A stretch of DNA of 64,000 nt from Moniliella sp. 'wahieum' (Eukaryota): the NCBI GenBank assembly GCA_003971905.1, contig RSEE01000007.1:1054001-1118000 (forward strand). Direction: 5' to 3'. The first letter of the stretch is position 1. Each line of letters opens with the position of its first letter. The position numbers were made by a program, and so were the translations under genes. Below, piece after piece: positions 23,728 through 35,771 of this stretch. The notes below the pieces were generated by a model. That model worked only from the letters and a program-made list of their open reading frames with translations. It did no database searches and had not been told where the DNA came from.

Positions 23728-23783
23728 ATGTCACATGTCACATGTCACATGTCACATGTCATGCATCATGCATCATGCATGTC
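23728..23783. repeat. Compound period-7 tandem repeat (ACATGTC)n followed by (ATGCATC)n
   Basis: atgtcacatgtcacatgtcacatgtcacatgtc atgcatcatgcatcatgcatgtc. Confidence 0.9.
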
Positions 23784-26139
23784 AATATTCAATCGTTAAT
23801 CATCGATCATAGACTGATCAACAATCAGTCACCTGATGTGTGACGTCTGTGCAATGCTGGCATCCGATTATCTAACCCGGAGGCGTCGGAGCCTGTCTCG
23901 GAGAATTGGTGGAGACCCGTTTACGCCGTAGACCCTAGTAGGCCCTTCCCGATCAAACTGCCGGCTTGGGTCGTCCGCGTTGTGCTGTGCCCTGCTGGGG
24001 AGGGGGCAGGCTGTGGCTGCTGTGGTCTGCTGGGGCTAGAAGGGCTTCTTCGTTGTATTCCAGCTGTCCTGCGACAACTGCGGGGTATACAGACGGACTG
24101 ATTCCATATCCCTATTCTATCATGACGTGCGGTGTCAGGCTTTGCAAGCACAGGTGGGAGATTGGCTTTTTTTATGTGCACACCATCCACGGCGGTTGTA
24201 CAACGACGAATGCATGCAGCAGGGGGGCGCCCGGTTGATTACCGACATGACGCATGAGGCGCACGAGGTCAATGAAACACGAGACAAGCGGGGTGGCTTG
24301 GTGTAGCTGAGATGATGCGCATATGCACGTAAACATGCAGTTACAAAAAACCGTACGAGATGTGGGCCCACGTTTATTTGTTGAGAACAGTCAGATCTCA
24401 GACTTGTCCTAGGAAGCCATCGGAGGGGCGTCTTGAATAAGAGTACAGCGAGGTAGGAAGAAGAGAAGGAGGTATACAGCTCATCATCGATGCGAATCTG
24501 GTATACTGTGTAGTGCTTGGCCACAGAGCAGCATAACCAACACGCGCAATACTAATACTGCACGAGCAATAACATTATGCTTAATGACGTATGCCACAGT
24601 AGATCGAAAACCTCCTTCTGTGTGAAAGACGAAGTAGTAACAACACGACGAGATACGACGACGAGATCAGACAAACAGCATATAGCTGATCATAGATCGA
24701 TCATATATGACGTTAATTAGTTAATGACGAAATATGATATCTCTCTCCGCTTAACGGTTCACATCGTCAAGCTCTGTGTAAGCTGTGGTGAGAACGAAAT
24801 AGGAATGGGTATGTCCCCTCCTATGGGAGAGAGTGATTCGTCGAGAACAGTGTGCAAACATAATGCGGAGCCGCATATACGTGCGCATGAAACCCACCCC
24901 CACATATCTCCTGTTGATACCAAAACCAAAGAGAAAATGGCTATCGATTACAAGATGCCGTGAACGCGAAAACGCCAACACTCAGTCACGCTCGTTGACT
25001 TGGCCGATTCGGATCAGCGACCAGATATAATATGGTCCAGAAGGCAGATTTGATACAGGGCCTTTATCTCCTCCTTTAGGGCTGATACTTGGCCAAACGT
25101 GATCAGCCTACTAATACTCATTTAACCCACATGCCCATGTGAAAGGAGAAGAATTCCTTACGATTGTTTGGCTTATCCACACAGCTGGAATCCGTTCCAT
25201 GCAGAGATTTCCACCTCTTCTCCCTAATCGCCAACCCACGCGATCTGATCAAGCACGTTGCATATCGTTTCAATTCATGATATATTCATGAGATGTTCAC
25301 CACAGCTGCTTCTTGAGACCTTTGCAGGATAATAGCGTCGATAGAATCATGTGAGCTTTTGCCACGGACACAAGTACTTGTTTCCTATGTGTGAATACCT
25401 TCGATCTTGTTGAATCCCACCGCTTTGGGTGGGGGACTCTCACGCATGCAATTGGCAAGCACTTTATTAATGAAGATGCCAAAACAGACTAGCATCCTAT
25501 TGAACAAATGTAGGCCTTCAATGTTCAGGACGGGAGGTGGGGGGGGGCGCATTCTCCATAAACAGAAGTGTCATGAGCTGCACACAGGCACTTACTCCGG
25601 AGGGGAGGGCATATATGAGGCTCATATTGCTTCTCCACAGGAGAGTGGGGGGGTATCATAGTCTGCAGCAGTGAGTTGGACGAGCATCATGGAGTGGACA
25701 AAACAAAAGGTTAATGATTACGAGTCAAAACTCCCCGTTGGGATGATGCTGCATGGAGCCTGGGCAAATCCTCTTGATCCAGCCTCGTCCTGTGAGAGTA
25801 CGAAGAGGAAGGTCTGAGGTTACTGTGGTGCTGGTGACAGAAACGCACACAGCAAGTGCGCATGCCGGCAGACTGCAATAGCTCCTGGACGGTTTGGCGC
25901 AGTTTTACCTCTCGCGCTACGTGCAACATGGCGGGAAGAACCGCTACTTTTCTCTATGAAGGTACACAAATCTTTGGAGTGAGTGACCGCCAGGGGTCGG
26001 TCGATAATTCTGTGCAACATGCGCAGAGCGTTTTGTGCGAGCCGAATGCTACGGTCAAAAGCACGTGTCCATATGGCACGGCTGATCAACCATGAGAGGA
26101 GCAGCAGGGGCGGCAGGGGCAGACCACTCGGGTCCCTGC

Positions 26140-26692
26140 TTAAGCCGAAGCACGAGCGACGGCAGGGTTCAACTTCTTGCCGTCCTTGTGAAACGCACAC
26201 GGACGGGGGGCGCACGGTTGCGGCGGTCAACACGCGAGCGAACACGCACGGTCTTCGAGTGGATCGCGCACGAGACGCAGTAGTGGACCTTGTTGTACAA
26301 CTTGGGCAAGGTGTACTCGGCGTAAACCGAGGCCTCGCTCATGTCGCGCACAGCGGCAGCCTCCACAACGTTGCGGACAGTGAACCGCTTGATCGCCTTG
26401 TCCTTGGGAACAGCGCGGGAGCAGTTCGAGCAACGGACAAAGTTAACGTGGCCACGGCCGTGCTTGTTGCGGCCACCGTTCCTGCGCTTGGTCGTCACTG
26501 GAAAGAAGGGAGGGGGAACAGTCAGTTCAACCTGTCCGCCTGGAGAAGTGCGCTGCAGGGAAGGCGATGGCTGAGAGCGGACGAGAGCCGCGGGCAGAGC
26601 CTTCCAACCGTAAGGCAGCAGGAGTAAAGCGGTAACGACGCCGCGCGAACAGCACGAAACCGCACTGGGTGCCGCGGAAAAATGGACTCACT
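26140..26692 (-). CDS. RPS26: 40S ribosomal protein S26 (eS26); intron 26498-26691 inside the start codon; 1-nt deletion near 26209
   Basis: [65 protein letters not shown]. The corrected end is RF(N)[18 protein letters not shown]. Confidence 0.96.
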
Positions 26693-29081
26693 GTTGGGCA
26701 ACAGGATCTACTGGCTGGTGAGGAGCAAGCAGATGGCGAGCAAGAGCACGTCGGCGTGCAACGACGAGACCAGCGAACAGCCTCGCGGGGGCAGAACAGT
26801 GCATTATATTAGGGTTCGCGACAGGGTTCGGCGCAATAAATACTGCGACCCAATTGAGGCTGTCACATGTCACGTGATGATGCGTGATGGCGTATGAAAT
26901 CTGTTAGGCGATGATCGATGATCGATGATCGATCTCCAGCAGTGACATCACCGATGGCCGGGGGCGAGCCAGCCAGCCTGATTCAGAATTTGAGGTTCTT
27001 GGTGAGCGGCTGAGCCCACAAGTCAGAGTGACTCAGCAGGGGTTGTGGAGAAAGCCCAGCACCTGTGGCCGAAGATGAAGAGATGCGGAGGTACTCAGGG
27101 CGGGCCATTGTAGCGGGTTTTTAACTAACGATGCGAGTTGGAAGATCCATATAGCGTCATCGCGTCATCATGGACAGGAGGTAGAACGGACCTTTTGGAG
27201 TGTCCGTGGTGTCCTATTCATACTGTTGATGAGAGATGCGTACTCTTATATACGAAGAGACATTTGTGTAAGGATGTGGCCTCCCGGGCGAAGACACACT
27301 ACCTGGGCGGTTGGCCCGAGAAACCGGGTCACGACAGCGAGCGATAGCGAAAGATAAGAACTTGAGTAGTGATAAGGAGAAGAGAAGCTATAAGAAGCGA
27401 GAGCGACGATGACAAAAAGGGAGTGGAGGTGGCTGTGCAAGGCGACTCAGTCGTCGTCCCGTGACAGCTTTTGTTCACACTTAGTACTTATTGCTCTTGC
27501 GATAGAATTATAGGATTCAAAATGTGGAGTAGGAGGTCTCATTCTGAACTGACGTTCTATAGGTATTTGTGGTGGCACGCGTCTCACTAGCAGGTACATG
27601 GCCAGATCTAGTTGCCAGCACGGCTCTCCCAAATTGCGTCCTTTTGTTGGGACCCACGGTTCCGTACATAGGCCAAGGCGCCTTATCACTATGAGCCCCT
27701 TATTTGACCTCCGAAGCCTCCAAGTGTATACTCCGGTTTGTTCGAACATCTGTCTTCGGTAGGAGGGGCGTAAAAGTGCACAGGGCTTATTCTTAACCAC
27801 CACCACTGCGATTGCATATTGCTCTACATTTCCAGAGGTTCTCCACTCAAATCATTGGGTTCCTCCGGTCTTACACCTTCGGCAACCCTCACACTCTAAA
27901 CAGTGCTATACGACATATATACGGCCTTCAAGCTTTAAGCTTGCCGCGATTGCGTTTGGAGATGTAATACCGGGGAGGAATGACTGATATGGGGTAGTGT
28001 GGTTGGGGAATGGGATCGAAGAGCGGGCAATAGACCCTGGACGTGTGTGTGTTCAAAAAAATGAAAACCGGCGGGGCTGAAACTCGCGGATGTGGATGAT
28101 CGATGGAATGTGTGAACGAGCGATGCCGTGAGGAGCCCCAGGCCCGTAAGACGTGAGGCATGGGTTAGGAAGGGGGATTCAGCGCGCTCACTGGTCAACG
28201 TGGTCAACGTTCAACGTCCGACGGTGTTGCTCTCGGTCACACATGCCGCGCAATGATCCGTCGTTGACGTCGTTGTGGTCAAGAACACTGATCTAGTAAC
28301 GTGTGGCGCGCGGTGAAATTAATAGTTTCCCGTGCTTTAATACAACACACTATAGAAGACTCTTCAAGCTTCAAGCTTCACGTTTCCCTCAGGCCTCACA
28401 GCCATCGCATCGAGGACCGACTCCTCAAATATGAGAGTCGCTTTCCCAGCCCACCATGCAGCTCCAGCTTGATTGCTCCGCAACCGTGAACGTTGAACGT
28501 TGAACGTTGAACCCCAATAGGTGTGCGTTGTATACAATAAATGATGTGTGGGCTATAACAGTTGTGAGTTTATATTTGACTGGGGGAGGGGGGCGCGGGA
28601 CTGTTTGTCATACGGTTTGTTTGCTTCTCGGATTTCTGCGATCTCATATCTCGGTCTGGGACTTACAAAATTGTTGTATTCGTCGTCTTACTCAGACTGC
28701 TCGGACGCTCTGCTGCTCGCATCCATATTACGAGGGCTGACATGCACTGACATGTGGCTGATAGACTGACACTACGCGCATCTCACAGGATTTCAGTTTG
28801 TTGTTTTTTGTGCGCGTCCATCTTCTTCGATGTATCTCACAGTCTTTCTCCCATCATTTTCTGCTCTCGTCAGTATCCTTTTGGCGCACTCTCACTCCGT
28901 TTCAGCTTTCTACACCACCCACTAACTTCTTCCCCGATCAATCATCAGGGAATCTCGATACGACATCTGGCCACTTCGAAGAGGATTGAGGTGAGAGGGT
29001 TACTATGTATACAAAAAGAGCGCGTTCTCCATGCCCTTCTTCCTTTTCCCTTCACTGTTTCGTCAGTATCCTCACAGCAGC

Positions 29082-31810
29082 ATGGCCCAGTCGTTGGAGC
29101 GCAGCCAGGATACCACCAGCGACAGCACCCATGGTTGCTTACACCGTATCGAAGACACCGCTGTTCTCACAACTGCAACCGCCTCCGTAGGTACGTACAT
29201 CGAATCGAACAGCCCCCCCCCCTCCCCCCCCTCTACGAGTACGACAATATGGCCCGAAAAGCCTAACTACATTTGGGACGTCACCCTCGCCCAATCCAGC
29301 CTGGAAGAGACTGCCGAAAATGATGCCTTCTTCACCTTGACCGACCACTGTGCACCATTGTCCAAACATCTAACCACCGTGCCACCGTTTCCCCTACATC
29401 CACATGTGCTCGGCTGCCTGTGAACTGGCGCATTGACATCTTTATCTTCTTTTCTTATATCTTCTGATTTGCCTCCAAAGGCATGGGTATTAGCCACCCC
29501 ACCTCGGCACTTGCTCCTGCCGTCCTTGGTCCCACTATCCACTTTAGTGACTCTTCGCCTGTTTTTTGCTTGAAAAACGTGAACAAGACGGCACCTGAAC
29601 CAACACCAGACCAACAGGACGAAGCATTGGTCGACGAAGGCCCCTTTCCTCGCTACGTGGGGCTCGCCAGGACATGCTTCCAGAGCCCCCACGGGAGGAC
29701 AAAAGTTTTCTGGCCATGAATTCTCCCCGCTTGGCCCCTTCTCGCTCCGAGTTTCTCGACCCAGCAGCCTCTCCCTCCAGACTCGGATTCAAAACGAAAC
29801 AAGGCATTGGCAAGAAGTCATCATGCCTTTCGATTCGAGCAGAACCCCATGCCAAGGCTACAACCACTTATGTGGACGATCACCTTGTGCCGCCTAGTAG
29901 TACCGAAGAAGGAATTTGGAAGGAGGTGCAAGAGAGCCTGGATTGGCTGCAAGATGAGCTGTCCTCTAGCGATACCAATGGGGGTTCCGCCTTGTCCGCA
30001 TTACCGAGCACAAGTTCGGCAATTTCTTCATCAGCTGTCTTGCCTTATCCTTGTTGCCATGTGCCTCCTCTTCCTCAACCTGATTCTCTCCCCAGTACTC
30101 AGTCTCAATCTCGCTCCTCCTTTGGTGCGTATACCGGGCGAAAACAGTTGAAACGAGCGAACCGGCCTCCGTTCATTTGCACGTCACGCAAGCCCATCAG
30201 TCCCATGACAACGGCCTCGTCCGAGATGAGCGGGTTGTATGGACCGGCTGATAACGATGTTCTCATTTACCCTTCCTCAGCGGGACAAGCCAGCACCCTC
30301 AGTCCCGCTTCCCCCTTCGTCGCGCCCTCTTCCATGGACTCTGAGGACTTCATTTTGCCCAGTCCACGCATCAAGCCTAGGTGCAGTGTACGCTTGCTTC
30401 TCTCGAGGTCCCCGCCGACCGGCATTCTGCCCAGCCAGCTGTGGGGCAGGCCAAGCCATTGCTGCACTCGAAATTGCTTTCGCGATGGTTGAACGAGGCG
30501 ACGGCTATCTCGGATCCCGATAAGTCTTCGGGTGTGCCCTCTTTGCACGCGCTGCATCCGACCGCTTCTAATGGCACATTGAACAACCCCGAGAAGAATT
30601 CTTCCCCCGGTAGAAACATCCCCACGCCTACGCCTGCATTTCGAACAATCAACAACGCAGGAACGGCTGCCAGAACCGACTGTGCTGGTCAGGGGCACAC
30701 CTACCACTCGGATGGGTCTGGGTTTCGGACATGGGACGGGCAAGAGTGGGAACGTCCAATTGCCTCCCATCGTGGTCGATCCTTGTTCCATGCCCTACCC
30801 TCATCCTGGGCCCCACTACCCAGTGTAGGAAACAATGCACCGCCTGTTACCAGTGCTCACCTCGTCTCTCCCCGATCCACCACCACGATCTTCGTACCGG
30901 CCCATTGCCCTAGCAAGCTTGGCACCGCGCAACCGGATGGGGCATTCCGTCGAACGAGCGCCAAAGCGGATCTGGGTCAGGTCAAGGCCAAAGATGTGAC
31001 CTTGGCGACTTCCCCCCGCTACGAAGCCGGGTGCAAACGGCTGCTGCACAGAGAATCGGACTCGGCTTTGCTTCGGCCAGAAAGCAAGACAGGCACTGCT
31101 CCCCTTCCCAACTACGAGGGGCAGAGCGGCGCTGCGCCGTCCAGCTCTCAAATTGACTTGGCCCTTGATGCAAATGAGCAGGAAGGGAGCCATGTTCAGG
31201 CTCTGGCTGATGTTGAGCGGAAGGAGAAAGTGGTGCCTGTGTTTCCGATGGGAGCACCAAGGGGTCATAGGGGATTGGATCGGGCCAAGCGCTTGGCAAG
31301 AGGGTTCATTCTGCCGAAACGGTAAAATATGCCTACATCCCTCTTCTAGGCGAACTCCACTCTAGAAGAACCACCTTTCCGATCAGTTCCTTGCCGTCCC
31401 TGCCCCATCGGAGCTCCCCGGCGCTTTCTCGTCCGGCCCATAACGTGCAACCTCCTTACGGACTCCACCTGGCTCTCATCTGCCCGACGAAGAGCAACGC
31501 ACTACTTGCGACCCTCCTACGTTCACACCGGTGTTCCTTGGACGTTGGACCTGAAACGCGTTCAGTTCTCCGCGAGTCTTGTCTCCGATACCAGGCAGGG
31601 AAGGCTCCGCCTCGGAAGCCAGCAACCCCGTTACAACTGCCGTTGAAGTTATGCTCGCCCGTCTTCTCGCCATCTCATGATTCTGACGGTAATGGGTCCT
31701 GTTTCCTCTTACAATCTCAGTACTCATCTCATCGACATGCACACACATATCCCATCGCCGATGCCGCAGCGACAGTGACTACTAAACCAACTTGCGTTTT
31801 GTCGTTCTAG
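29082..31810 (+). CDS. Hypothetical Ser/Pro-rich protein, fragmented; boundaries uncertain
   Basis: A chain of long, overlapping plus-strand ORFs (29031-29423, 29483-29719, 29674-30492, 30381-31325, 31391-31810) with protein-like disordered composition. No domain recognised. Confidence 0.4.
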
Positions 31811-32193
31811 GTCTTGAAATAGCCTGCACCTACAAACTCCTACCAGAGGTATAGTTGGATGTAGGCAATGACCCATCTCCATGAGCTTGCCCCCTTCGCA
31901 ATGCATCCCCCCAAACACCTACACTTCTTCACATGCACTATTATACGGATAGCAGAACGTTGGATGGGCGTCTAATGGCAGCTACATTAATACTTTGTCA
32001 TGGAGAGGTAAAGGCAATTTTGGCCAGAACGGAAGAGATAGGTACATGGGGGCAGAAAGGGAGGGAGCAGAGTGTGCCCCTCCATAGTAGCACAGATCAG
32101 GGGAATCAGGCATGGCGCGTGGCGCGTGGCGGGAGAACGCGGGGGAACGTCTCCGCCCGAAAGCCAAACGGCAACACCACAGCTGCTCCACAG

Positions 32194-33430
32194 TTACCTC
32201 CCCCTCGTCAAAGCAGTAGGACACGGCCAACTCGACGTTTTTCCCACAGACAAAGTACGCTTCAATTGCCTTTTCTTGCGCGATGCCCATCGACGTGATG
32301 GTTTCAATGTTGGTGCGGTCCTCGGGCTCGAGCGAATCAAACGTAGGCAAGTCCATCGATTCCATGCCCTCGGCCTGGAAGCCTTGGAGCAAGCGCAGGA
32401 CTTCGGCAGGGTTGGAGTGCAGCGCCTGCGCCAGTTGAGGGTTGTGTTCGGCCAAAGCCTGAACCAGCGGTTGCAGTGCCGCGGGGTTCTCCTCCGCCAA
32501 CGTCTGCAGTTGCCTCAGCATCACCGGGTCTCCCAGGTCCAGCACTTCTTGGCCCTCCTCATCCACTTCGCCCCCAAACGCACCCCCCTCACGACCTTGG
32601 GCCGCCTGCGCCGCAGCGGCGTCAAACAAGTTCCCGGGCGTACGTGGGGCAGCAGCAGAGCCGAGGCAGCAGCACCTGCTCCACCCTCCCTAGGAGCGGA
32701 CGGCGCAGGGGAATCCAGTCCCTGAGGGATGCCCGTCATAAGATATTCAACCGCCCGATCGGGATTGTTGTACGAAGCACGCAAAGCCCGTTTGACCTGG
32801 TCTCGCGGGAACCCCATCTCAACAATTTGGTCCTCGGCCCCGCTCAGCGCGCTGCCCGCCAAAAACTCGTTTGTTCCCCCGGCAACGGCGGGAGCGGCAG
32901 GTGCATCGGTCGGCGCCGACCCCTCGCTCGACGGAGGAGGGGCAGCAGCAGCGGCAGAAGCAGAAGCAGAGCCAGAGTCCGTTTCCATCGGTTCAGGCTC
33001 CGATGGCTTAGTCTCGGATCCGGTCGAACCTGCTGGTTCGGACGGGGCGGCGGACTGGGTCGCAGGCTCGGCGGGCTGGGCTTTTTCTTCTGGCGCCGGG
33101 GCAGCAGGGGCTGGCTTGGCAGTCGCCTTGACGGCCTTGGGCTTGGAAACCATCGAGACAATGAAATCCTTTTCGTGGATGTTGCATGCCTCTACGATTT
33201 GCTCGTTGCTGAGGATCTTGCCAGCAAAAATGATCTTTTGGTTCTCGACGGGGTGGCCCTTGGCTTCGGTAATCTTCTCCTTGACGGTGAGAATCTGACG
33301 AGAAAGGAAGGCGGGTCAGCAGCTGGGAAGCGGGCGGAGGGCGCGGGTGCAAATGCCAACGCACCGTGTCGGAGGGTTCGACATGGACGGTGTAGGTGCC
33401 GCCGGCAAGGGGCTTGACAGTGATCTGCAT
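32194..33430 (-). CDS. RAD23: UV excision repair / ubiquitin shuttle protein Rad23 (UBL-UBA-XPC-binding-UBA); intron 33295-33364
   Basis: [49 protein letters not shown]1 [35 protein letters not shown]-binding [27 protein letters not shown]2 [21 protein letters not shown]. The exact stop is uncertain. Confidence 0.94.
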
Positions 33431-33720
33431 GGTGGGAGCCCGTAAGGAGGTGGTGGTTGCTCGACGGGCGCCGCCGCCGCATTCTCGCCCAATTCGCTTC
33501 GATCGGGGAGACCAACGCCTTAAGCTCCAGGCACGCGAAAGCACGCCAGGGCTGACGTAACCCGGGTTCCATTGGCTTCAGCCGAACGTTTGAAATCGCA
33601 CTTTGAACATTGCACATCCTGCCCTGGGCGCTGCGATGCGGCTGCCATTGTGAAAGGTTCAGGGGGGCTTTCAATTTGAAAGTGCAGCAGGGACGGAATA
33701 TCAAATTTCATGTTCATCGA

Positions 33721-35097
33721 TCATCCCAGCCGCTGGGGGGGTACTGCGGAGCTCTCCTCCTCTCTTGAGATCTTGAGACGAGACCTGCCTGCCTGGTAAA
33801 ACGGCCCGGTGAAAGCAAGCACGCCTACCTCCCCCCTGCCAGAGCCATCCGGGCGATCCAGCACGATGCATACTTGGACTATTGGTGCACATTCAAACCA
33901 ACGACAGGCACCACGGGCAAGGGACAAAACCATCAGCCTCGATACGAAAAATATATAAGTTGAAGGTTACCCCACGGATGCGATGCTACCAGGCACATGC
34001 CAACGACGCCAACGCTTCGTCCAGCGGCCACAATGGCTTGGTCTGCTCCGGACAGAGCACATACATGAGGTACTCCATCGCCCATGGGAGGGTGGATTTT
34101 GCGCACCACATTTAATAGCTCATGAAGCCACAGATGGAGCGAAGCAGATTGCGTATTTTGCGTTCGCAACGTGCGCGGCAAGTCAGACGTATCTTCTCGG
34201 CTACTGTCCACCCCCCGTTTTGCGGTGGGTCAGCTTGTACTGGTATCCACTCCAAAATCGCTGGCGGTACAGCGACGGTGCGGGCTACTTCCCCTGTGCC
34301 CAGTGACAGCCTTGATCCCGTTCTGAACAAGACGAATGGCGGCGCTGTCCGCACCGGCCTCTGGGTCAACAGAGGAGCTGGTGCACAGAGGAGCTGGTGC
34401 AATGGTTAAAGCGCGCAGGAACGCTCGCTGTTCGTATTCGACCGAGCTCGCATTGGGCCACTTGTACCCCCCATGGCGCTTTTGGACAGCTTGCGTTGGG
34501 CCAGGTAGATTACGGGTGCGATGCCCCCCGGGCTTGGGTTTGCCGAGTTTAGGGTGTTTGGGGTGCTTGTGGTGCTTGATGGACTGGGCGTTGTGAGGGG
34601 GCAAACCGTGTCTCCCTTCTGATCACACAGCTTGGCGTGTGGGTGCGTGGATGAGGGGGTGATGGCGGTTGAGGCGGAGGCGGAAGGGAAAAGGGAAGGG
34701 GCAATGGACGCGGATACGATGATGGATCTCAAGAAACGGGAGATGTGCTTGGGACACCGTTTGGCCACTGTGCGGCCATATGGGGTCCCTAGTGCGGTGG
34801 GGCCTTGAGGTCAGTAAACAGCAGGCAGGTGATTTCGTTGATATCAAGCGGCTGTCCACGTGATCCTTCCGTTGCTGTCCGGCCGAGCAGGGGTGCGATG
34901 TTCGCGGCACCGTTGGGCCTGCAGGGGAAAGAGCAGTGACAGGCGAAAGACAGAGAGCCCGATGGATGCGAACGATGGATTGAATATGGATTGTTCATGC
35001 GAATCAAGTATAGCCCCCATCCGGCCCAGGGCTCCCCGGCAGCTGCTCCGGAGCTGATGGCCTTACCTAGGAACCCAGCCGGCGCGTCCGACGGCAT
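33721..35097 (-). CDS. Hypothetical protein, fragmented
   Basis: Consecutive minus-strand ORF fragments (34789-35199, 34230-34604, 34112-34402, 33933-34211, 33721-33933) tile the region with protein-like segments. No family recognised. Confidence 0.3.
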
Positions 35098-35771
35098 GGC
35101 AGCTCGAGCAGCTCGAGCGGGATGGCTGGGAGGATGGAGGATGGAGGATGTGAGATGGGAGAAGAGAATGTGGACACGCGACGGAGGGTCACATGTCACA
35201 TGTCAGTACTCACTAGCTACGCACCACAGCGCAGCCAGAGCGGACTCGGAGCTCCGCAGGCCGCAAGCCTGCTCCACCGCACACACTGGTGCTGTGCAGG
35301 CGAGGCGTGCGTGCATGACGTCGGCCAGCAGCACGCAGCGGGCGGGGCAGTATGCGGGGCTGTGCTGGGGCCTGCTGTGCTGCGTGTGCCTTGCAGCGAG
35401 CGCAGCTGTCCGTGTGAAGCAGCCGCCGATGATTGATGCATGAATTGGTGACCGGCGAGGGCGGCAGGGCGGCCGGGGGGCACTGTCGCTGCGGGTTGCG
35501 CTCGCACTGTCTTGCTTTTAGCCGTCGGCAGCCCAGGCGGTACAAAGCTCAAAGGGCGCACACGCCGCCACCAGCCACTGCGCCTCGGCCCGAGTTTCAC
35601 GCACCGGTCAGCTGACCGGCGACCAGCTCTCCGCTTGAAACGTCACCGCGTCACCCATCCCCATCTTCCCCTGCCAGCCGCCCCGCCAGGGGGAGGCCCG
35701 GCAGCCCCACGGCGGTGGAGCGCTTCGCCTCGTGCTCGCCTGCCGCGCCTGCTCTCCCACCACCTCCCCCC

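Noticed and set aside
23728..23783. CRISPR-like or telomeric array
   Set aside because: Units are 7 bp with no spacers and are not TTAGGG; the context is eukaryotic and internal.
31982..32193. Extended RAD23 C-terminus in the ORF track
   Set aside because: Rad23 normally ends right after UBA2. The read-through is probably a lost stop or an unrecognised intron.
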